NCBI RefSeq assembly: GCF_000008645.1
Contig: NC_000916.1
Span: 630,001-662,000 of the forward strand
Length of the DNA: 32,000 bases
Origin: Methanothermobacter thermautotrophicus str. Delta H
GTDB lineage: Archaea; Methanobacteriota; Methanobacteria; Methanobacteriales; Methanothermobacteraceae
Direction of reading: 5' to 3'
The notes beneath the pieces were generated by a model. The model worked only from the letters and a program-made list of their open reading frames with translations. It had not been told where the DNA came from and did no database searches. Position 1 is the first letter of the stretch, and each line of letters begins with the position of its first letter. Positions 8,701-15,200 of the stretch are shown here, in pieces. The translations under genes and the position numbers were made by a program.

Positions 8701-11068
8701 AATTCTTGAGAGCCGCAACTATCTTATCCAATACTGATATGGCCACATTTGTCTTGTTTTCCGGCAATAAGGATATTATACCATCGTACCAGGAGTCTAT
8801 ACGATCTCCCATACCAGTTGTATAATTCAATCCTACCGCCCTTTTGCATAATTCTCCAATATATCCAACAGGCCCCTCTATAACTTGGATCTTTGTGATC
8901 TCGTCAAGCTTAGAGAACCATTCCATGTACTTGTCCACTGGATAGAGTATTGCATTTTTAGCAAGTTTTTCAAGTTCTCCAGGAGCCCATGGGGCGACAT
9001 TAATACCCTTCTGGATTATCATATCATGGAGTATTGTTGTATTGGCTGGTATGTTCTCTACAGTGTACCCATTATCTTTGAGGATGTTAAGGAGATTATA
9101 GATGCTTGTTATAACGTCAAGGTAGCTTGAACCGATATTATCCTTTCCTGGCGGATAATTATAGTAGATTAACGCCACTTTTTTCTCATTGTTCGACAAT
9201 CTTTTCAGTTTAACCCAACCTTTTATCTCATCGGCAAGATGCTCAATATTCGCAGGTATTATCTCGTAGAGACTATAAGATAATCCAGTATCAGGGTCTG
9301 TGATCGGTTCAGAGTTCGTGGCCACAATTGTCGAATCTATAATCCCCTGGGATTCTGAAACGGCTATGTGCCACCATCTGTCACCTGTAAGTTGCCTTAA
9401 TCCTAGGGTGCTGAGATCCCACTGCTCCGCAAGAAGATAATCAGAATGTAAAGCCTTAAATACTGGTACATTTATGAGTTCAAAGAATTTTGTAACATTC
9501 GTGAAAAGATCACCGCCCAAACCATAGGCTGGCATGCTCACTATAGCATCAACATAAACCTTATACTTGGATGGGTTTGCGAAGAAGCTTTCAACGTCGG
9601 GTGCATCAGTGAATGATTCCACCATAACCTTTAATTGTTCGGGCGTGGCCCCATATGCCACTACTGGTATAACATTAAATCCTCTAGCCTCTAATGCATC
9701 GATAATAGCATAGTATGGTTGTAGTTTTTGATTGTCCACGTACATTTTACTTTCAAGGAGCCCTATACAACCCGTGGCGTTCGCCCTGAAGTATTTATTG
9801 ATGTATTCTGTAAGGTTATACCATCCGTGACGGTAAATCCCATATGGTTTTTCGCCGCTGGTTGCCCATATTGGAGGTTTCCAGTATCCAGTGTTTGGAA
9901 CCCCAATAAGATTGAGGGCCCAGACGATCTGGTTTACAAACGCATTATTATTATTGATGTCTTTGTAGAGTACCGCCATGTTGTACTCTAGTGAGAATAT
10001 GCCAGTAATATTAGATGATGAGATGTAATTTAACACGTGTTCGAAATTGGCGCCTTTTTTGGTATTTTGATAGTAGTCTATTAGGAGCTCATCTTGTATG
10101 TTGGAGAGGATGTATTCTCCTTTGATGTTTGAGTATCTCATGAGACTTGTATATGCTGGATTATAGACTATTGCAGGTTCTAGTATGAGGAATATGCCAC
10201 CTGTTTTGTTAGTTATTCCTGGGTTTGTTGAGAGCAGTTTTTGTAGGCGTTGAGATGCGCTGTCACTTAAGTATTCTCCAAGAAATATGTCACAGGCTGA
10301 TAGGACTTGCAGGAGTTCGTTATCTGACATCTTGGTTAACTGTTCACAGCTTCTGATCTGTATCTGGACCTTTTCCCTTACAGGGGCGTATCCAAGAACG
10401 TTTGCATCATGAACTGCCTCGTTAATAACTATCGTTTGTCCTTCATCACTTATAATAAATACTAGAACGTTACCACTTTTCTTAACGGTGCAGAATCTGT
10501 TAAATTTATTATTTGTTTTATTGATTTCCTGGATGTGGTTTTCTGGGTCTATTATGAGTTGTAGTGTGTGGGAGCCCACAGTCATTGGAGTCCAATTAAA
10601 CACTACCGTAGTTGTCTCACCACTCCTAAGTAATGGGATGGTATAACTACCAACCCTCACACCATTATCAACAAAATCAACCCTAACCCCACTAGCATTG
10701 GCCGGACCAATATTCGATATCCTCGCAGTGAATGTGTATGTCTCATTAACTATAAGATCAGCAACTAATTCCGTACTTTTGCATATAAGATCGGGAAGAG
10801 CCTGATTAACTGTCACATTCAATATTATCCTATTGTTTGTCTCATTGGTCTCCTGGATGTGGTTTTCTGGGTCTATTATGAGTTGTAGTGTGTGGGAGCC
10901 CACAGTCATTGGAGTCCAATTAAACACTACCGTAGTTGTCTCACCACTCCTAAGTAATGGGATGGTATAACTACCAACCCTCACACCATTATCAACAAAA
11001 TCAACCCTAACCCCACTAGTATCTTGATTACCTGCATTTCCAACCAGCGCGGTGACATTATATGTCAA
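5705..11068 (-). CDS. Giant CobN/Mg-chelatase-H-family protein with two N-terminal CARDB-like repeats, a Ser/Gly/Thr-rich linker and a C-terminal TM anchor. The frame continues upstream through an in-frame TAG into ORF 11135-12088.
   Basis: A 5364-nt open frame. CobN-family signatures are present (HLGRHATYEWLPGKE, AKRRGSAVIIDHLTPP, QYLAVYAYL). Residues 1-190 carry two copies of GVRVDFVDNGVRVGSYTIPLLRSGETTTVVFNWTPMTVGSHTLQLIIDPENHIQE. The C-terminus is GISFYAIMGVLILVVLMAIGYFRASRKEY. The track start is TTG with no SD and no signal peptide, and the first ATG is codon 54. Confidence 0.85.
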   Translation of the reverse strand: MTYNVTALVGNAGNQDTSGVRVDFVDNGVRVGSYTIPLLRSGETTTVVFNWTPMTVGSHTLQLIIDPENHIQETNETNNRIILNVTVNQALPDLICKSTELVADLIVNETYTFTARISNIGPANASGVRVDFVDNGVRVGSYTIPLLRSGETTTVVFNWTPMTVGSHTLQLIIDPENHIQEINKTNNKFNRFCTVKKSGNVLVFIISDEGQTIVINEAVHDANVLGYAPVREKVQIQIRSCEQLTKMSDNELLQVLSACDIFLGEYLSDSASQRLQKLLSTNPGITNKTGGIFLILEPAIVYNPAYTSLMRYSNIKGEYILSNIQDELLIDYYQNTKKGANFEHVLNYISSSNITGIFSLEYNMAVLYKDINNNNAFVNQIVWALNLIGVPNTGYWKPPIWATSGEKPYGIYRHGWYNLTEYINKYFRANATGCIGLLESKMYVDNQKLQPYYAIIDALEARGFNVIPVVAYGATPEQLKVMVESFTDAPDVESFFANPSKYKVYVDAIVSMPAYGLGGDLFTNVTKFFELINVPVFKALHSDYLLAEQWDLSTLGLRQLTGDRWWHIAVSESQGIIDSTIVATNSEPITDPDTGLSYSLYEIIPANIEHLADEIKGWVKLKRLSNNEKKVALIYYNYPPGKDNIGSSYLDVITSIYNLLNILKDNGYTVENIPANTTILHDMIIQKGINVAPWAPGELEKLAKNAILYPVDKYMEWFSKLDEITKIQVIEGPVGYIGELCKRAVGLNYTTGMGDRIDSWYDGIISLLPENKTNVAISVLDKIVAALKNYILTGDQRYYNEFLGYKRQFFALNISGLSGWGQPPGDIMTVEKNGTKYFVIPGMWFGNIFICPEPQRGWEGDINKLYHSMVVAPPHQYLAVYAYLQENTDAMVHLGRHATYEWLPGKEVLLASSDFPKVVTGATPQIYYYIVDGLAEGIQAKRRGSAVIIDHLTPPLTFTALYGGYASLATLVGQYDGADNSTKTEIISKIRKTIQDNNLTQLIEMAMGVSLNKLYGDKLVQTIEDYLGQVQDTLYPHGLHAIGKNWTEEEVAMLVSSILSVPFQVSTTEETTLQDEVALLFYRKSYGNLTSIQKEKVQENCIGIVKSVITNGVNATLNNLTSMPTAGLKKALELAREYAMKVYESMDAEVEALLDALNCGYIPPGAGNDLVSNPDALPTGRNFFQDQAAEIPTRSSFEYGKSLALLTLQNLNATVEKIAVGIFCTETARDDAALVSMVLALLGMEPDWSDSPSAGVGGAKLKEMPKYVELKDLVRPEGWEKKRIDVVIITTGLFRDLYSRQAGLLDKAFRVALARSYYTILDDTRLKQKYGDKIEKALNYVVGPVGFYGIGDESLDYNYVAKHWVEDFEYYMSLNMTPEIAGEYAISKIFAPPENDYGAGISKSIQLSWTWDDRMELADFYLNRMGNIYSSTQWGSSNPLVFKRALNGVKTVFTSRNTNLYGVLDNDDFFDYWGGLSVAIERVNGEAPTMYVLSYGNRGSPRALTLESFMSLEATTRYFNPEWIRAMMQSDPTGRYISRKFISNLIAWTILRDSYTHDEVFSSTFYSNLWQTAYNVYLQDSLQTGVTDWLSSGNRAYAMISITGTMLNVIYMGYWKTDETITRNIANRWAKMIAEHGVACCDCSCGNLAMIEWAMQYVNPDLIEKVKAKIYAATKNANFAPAEDHGEGGESGSTPRTQEGTGTGSAGSSARDSSVRSAGTTASLDEVGLQRGTGEPGKAGEGKSYEITRRGSQGFSSTGISFYAIMGVLILVVLMAIGYFRASRKEY
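10528..11019. repeat. Intragenic tandem repeat, period 324 nt, containing a 168-nt perfect copy
   Basis: By direct comparison, 10528-10695 is identical to 10852-11019. The repeat encodes the two CARDB-like units of the CobN-like ORF. Confidence 0.9.
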
Positions 11069-11137
11069 TCCTTTATAGAATGTTCCATCGAGCTTGGATT
11101 GTGTCCATAGCTCTGGTTCTCTACTGACCGGTGCCTA
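11069..11137 (-). other. In-frame TAG stop plus a 22-codon stop-free linker joining ORF 11135-12088 to ORF 5705-11068
   Basis: 12088-11068 = 1020, which is divisible by 3. My manual translation reads LALLEARY, then TAG, then APVSREPELWTQSKLDGTFYKG, then L(TTG)TYNVTAL. Confidence 0.9.
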
Positions 11138-12088
11138 ATACCTTGCCTCAAGTAAGGCAAGTATAATCTTATAAAAGCCTTTTCCACCATAACCACCCGT
11201 TAATGCACCATCATATGTTAAAAGGTTCTCTCCAGTAGGATTGAATTGAGCAGTGACATTCCATTTATTTAATCCGCTGTAATCTCCAGTTAACTGATTA
11301 CCGGAAAGCCTCCTCCCATTAAAGGTATATGTGCCATCAACACTGCTCGCATGAATTACAGTCGCTGTGACATTTTTAATATCACCTATGATATTCGATC
11401 CAAAAATGGTTCTCCCAATATAATTTTCTCCAGTATTATCCGTGTAGTAATAGTTGTCCACATCATGGCCCATATTGACCCAGTAGGCGACAGTATCAGT
11501 GCTTCCAGGGATGTCATAGGCTACTACAAGTGTTATAACCTTTATGCGACCATCTGTAGTACAATTAAATGTGGTCACATTAGCCCAGTTTCTAACTCCC
11601 GTAATATTGGTTACATCATACCATAGGAGATAGTCACTTGTAACCCGCACAATATGATCATTTATTTGAGTATACTGAGAAGCTTCCTCATTATTCTCAG
11701 GATAAACATATTGGGAAGATAGGTGTGTGCTCTCTAGAAGATGCCCATTATATGTGATATTCACGTTAAGCGGATAATCCACTTGCATATGTCCTTGGTA
11801 TACAAGTACATGAAGTTGTGCCCATGAAACACTTGCATTAGCAGGCAAATCCCTAAAAGTATATACTACCGTGGAATTACCGGGTTTATTCATACTATAA
11901 TCTGCCGATCCGTTGGTGCCAAAATAGGTATCAACATAAAGCCCGCCACTTACAGTCCCATTTTTGACTGTTTCAAGTTTTAAACCTCCACACCATGGAT
12001 CAGCATAAGCTGACGAAGTTAATGAAAATATTACAACTGTTAGAATGATTACACCCAACAGCTTATGAAATTTCTCCATCAGAACCAA
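11135..12088 (-). CDS. Secreted leader protein: signal peptide plus a beta-rich domain of about 290 aa (possibly DUF3344-like). It is probably the N-terminal part of the CobN-like gene.
   Basis: Signal peptide KLLGVIILTVVIFSLTSSAYA. Clear paralogue of the N-terminal 300 aa of ORF 17672-19012 (RVTSDYLLWYDVTN, DGRIK.ITL.VAY.IPGST, YW.N.GHDV, YKIILA). Many N-x-S/T sequons. ATG 12079 (MEKFHK) is a likelier start than TTG 12088. The ORF ends at TAG. Confidence 0.8.
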   Translation of the reverse strand: MVLMEKFHKLLGVIILTVVIFSLTSSAYADPWCGGLKLETVKNGTVSGGLYVDTYFGTNGSADYSMNKPGNSTVVYTFRDLPANASVSWAQLHVLVYQGHMQVDYPLNVNITYNGHLLESTHLSSQYVYPENNEEASQYTQINDHIVRVTSDYLLWYDVTNITGVRNWANVTTFNCTTDGRIKVITLVVAYDIPGSTDTVAYWVNMGHDVDNYYYTDNTGENYIGRTIFGSNIIGDIKNVTATVIHASSVDGTYTFNGRRLSGNQLTGDYSGLNKWNVTAQFNPTGENLLTYDGALTGGYGGKGFYKIILALLEARY

Positions 12089-12250
12089 CCTTCTTTGATC
12101 ATTTCTATCACTTTATTGTAAATTCATTGTTTATATATTTTACCAAAAAAGTATTACTAATTATGAGGAGTATAAAAATAGTATCATAAAAAGTCGTAGT
12201 GTGTTACTATACATTGTGTAGAAGAAAAACAAGTAATACCATGGGAGCCT

Positions 12251-12277
12251 TTCTAACAAAAAAATAAAAAGGGGGGC
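12251..12277 (-). terminator. Oligo-T terminator after the 1755-codon ORF
   Basis: The minus strand reads TAA agcccccc ttttt a ttttttt (plus-strand A-runs at 12258-12264 and 12266-12270). Confidence 0.55.
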
Positions 12278-15200
12278 TTATATTGTGACGTAGTTTGGCA
12301 GTCGCTTATTGGTTCCGTAGAATTTTATGATTTTGCTGTACATGTAAACCAGACGTTGGAATGGTATTCTTCCAAGGCCAGTGATGGCGTAATTTGGTGC
12401 GCGGCCACGACTATCTATGAATGAAAGGATATTCTTTGCAACCTTCACATAACTTGACCTGTAAATTCTGCCATGTCTGTACCATCCACTAGAAGCTGTC
12501 GGACTTGCAACACTCTTCACAGAAATCAGAGCTAGGTTACCAGCATTTATATTGACTGTTGCCTTGCAAAGCAAGTAAAGGAACTGTGCCATACTTTGCT
12601 GCTGCCCATTAATCGCCACCTTACTTGGCAATCTACCATAACGCTCATAATAAGCTCTAACCCAAGAAGCAGCATCAATGATCTGTCCAACGCTAATACC
12701 CGGACTCCTAACACTCACAAACGCTGTCAAATTATTTATTGCCACAGGATAATTACCCGCTGAAGTCAGAGTATAATTGAAGCTCACAACTCCCACACCA
12801 CCAGCAGGGACCGCTATAGTCTTTGTAGCTACCGTCTGACCATTCACCTTAAATTGTGCTGTGTAATTTCCGGCCAAGTCACCAGTGTTTCTCAAGTTAG
12901 CTGTCACCGTAATGTTCAGTGGTGCCACACCACTCTTTGGAGTCACCGTAAGGTTTCCTACTGTTATATTAGCAGGTTTTAACACTGTCACAGCCACTGG
13001 GGCCAGATCATCTATTGTCACATTGTAAACTCCAGCAGTCAACACCCTACTAAACTCCACACTCACAGTCTGCCCAGCAGGGACCGCTATAGTCTTTGTA
13101 GCTACCGTCTGACCATTCACCTTAAGTTGCGCTGTGTAATTCCCTGCCACATCACCACTGTTCGTCAAATTAGCAGACACCGTAATATTCAATGGCGCCA
13201 CACCACTCGTTGGAATCACCGTAAGGTTTTCGAGTGTGAATTGTGGGCCTTGGTAGACTGTTATGTAGTTTTCTTTTGTTAGTGTGTTTTCTCCTCCGGG
13301 TCCTTTTATTATGAGTGTTACTGTGTAGGTTCCTGGTTGTGTGTAGGTGTAGGTTGGGTTTTGTTCTGTGCTATCTATTATAGTGTCGTTGTTGAAGTCC
13401 CAGTACCATTCTGTAGCTTCAGTTGAAAGGTCGGTGAACTGGACTGTTAGTGGTGCGATTCCTTCAGTTGCATTGGCTGTGAAGTTGGCCATTGGTGGTT
13501 CGTATTCTAGTATTAGGATTGCTTGGAGGGCTACCATGTTGTCTCCATGGCTTCCGTTGTTGTAGCTTTGTATTTTTGCGGTGTTTGTCCCGTTTTGTAG
13601 GGTTTCTTTTATTTGGTAGGTGCTGAATCCTATTTGCGGTCCTGTTAGGTAGTCTTGCCAGAATCCTGTGTATTCTTGGTTGTTGAAGTAGAATTTGCTT
13701 TTGTTGGCTTCGTTTGCAGAGGCTGTTATGACTATTGTCTTGGCTTCTTTTAGCATGTTTGTGTTTATGTCGTTGAAGATTGCGTGGGCTGTTGCCTCGG
13801 TATCGTTTACTCCGTAGTCTGTTCTGCTGTAGAGCATGTCTGTTTCTTCGTTTATCCAGATTTTCTTGATAGTTTCGTTTTCGTGTTCATAGATTATGAG
13901 AATGTATGAACCGTAAAGTGCTGTTGTTGTGTTAGTTCCAGCTGTTAGGGTTAGTGTGTTGTTTTCACTCGGCCTGAATAGGCTTGTTACATTATATACT
14001 AGTAGTCCGCTTGGGTAATTGCTTGATCCGTAACCTTTGGTGTCGTTGTAGTGTGCCAGTGGATTTATGGTTACGTTGTTGAATGTTGCGATGAAGTCTG
14101 GGATTCCCCCTACAGTGTTCCATGTGTATGGTTGGTATAATCTAGCCTCTTTTATTGTGGCTCCTTCTGGTATTGGTAGGTCTGCTGGGGTCCATATGAC
14201 GATGTAGGGGTTTTGCCAGTTTCCTGATCCTGATCCACGGTATGTTGAATTGCCTGGTGAATATAATAGTTTTAGGCGTCCTTCTAATGCTAGTACAGTG
14301 TTTATGTCGCTTCCATTCGTGTACTGCTTGCCCTTGTAGCCGTTGTAGTAGATGGTAGCAGTTGTATTGTAAATGTTGTTGGTTTCGTTGGTTTCTTCAA
14401 CTTCATCATCACTGTCCACTATGACGTTAATGGTTATGGGTCCTGTTAGTGGTGTGAAATCATTAAATGTTACATTGGCGGTTGCACCTGCAGCTAATCC
14501 TTGTAGTATCTTTGTATTATTATATTCGCCTACTATGAGTTTCACTTTGAATTGGCCGGCGTCAAGGTTTCCTTCATTATATATTGTTACTTGGATCGTG
14601 TTGGGTTCATTTGCGAATAGTTCACGGTGTCCAGCCGCATTATTTGGATTATATGTGATGTTAGTGACTTTAAGATCTCTCTGTAAGGATACAGTAGTGT
14701 TTGCTACGTTGTTGTTGATGTTAGCATCCCTTATATTCGTATTTCTGAGATAGTGCATATCCGTGTATGTTATGTTTGCGATGATTATATAATCTCCAAG
14801 TGTCAGGTTCAGGTTTTGTGTGATCGTCCTTGATTCTCCTGGTTGTAAGGCTGGGATTTCATGGATAAATTCTTGACTGTCACATGTTATATTCACCGGG
14901 AATGTTGCATCCGGGTCTATTTTTGTGATGTCTGCTTTACCATTGTTCTTAACCCTTACCTGTATACTATTACTTGTTGCTGTGATGTTTTCAATTAGTA
15001 GATCTGCTATGAGTGGTTTTTGGTCTCCCTGGTATGGTGTATCCCCAATTCCATCTCCGTCAAGGTCGTCTCCTGTGTAATCCGACCAATAATTACCTCC
15101 GCCAGTGGTGTTCCAATTGTTGTTGCTTGGATTTCCCTCTGTCTGGTTTGTATTGTTTATGAAGTAATTATCGTATATCATGTTTCCTGTACTGGCCCCT

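Noticed and set aside
10528-11019. Diversity-generating retroelement (template and variable repeat pair) as an explanation for the near-identical intragenic repeats
   Set aside because: The repeat copies are 100% identical rather than differing at adenines. No reverse transcriptase or accessory gene is present in the window, and the repeats are tandem domain units.
11135-11137. The in-frame TAG read as a pyrrolysine codon, or the stops read as selenocysteine
   Set aside because: No pyl genes or PYLIS-like context are visible, and to my knowledge Methanobacteriales lack the Pyl system. Neither stop is TGA, so Sec is excluded, and the second stop is TAA. Generic readthrough or a nonsense mutation remains the explanation to test.
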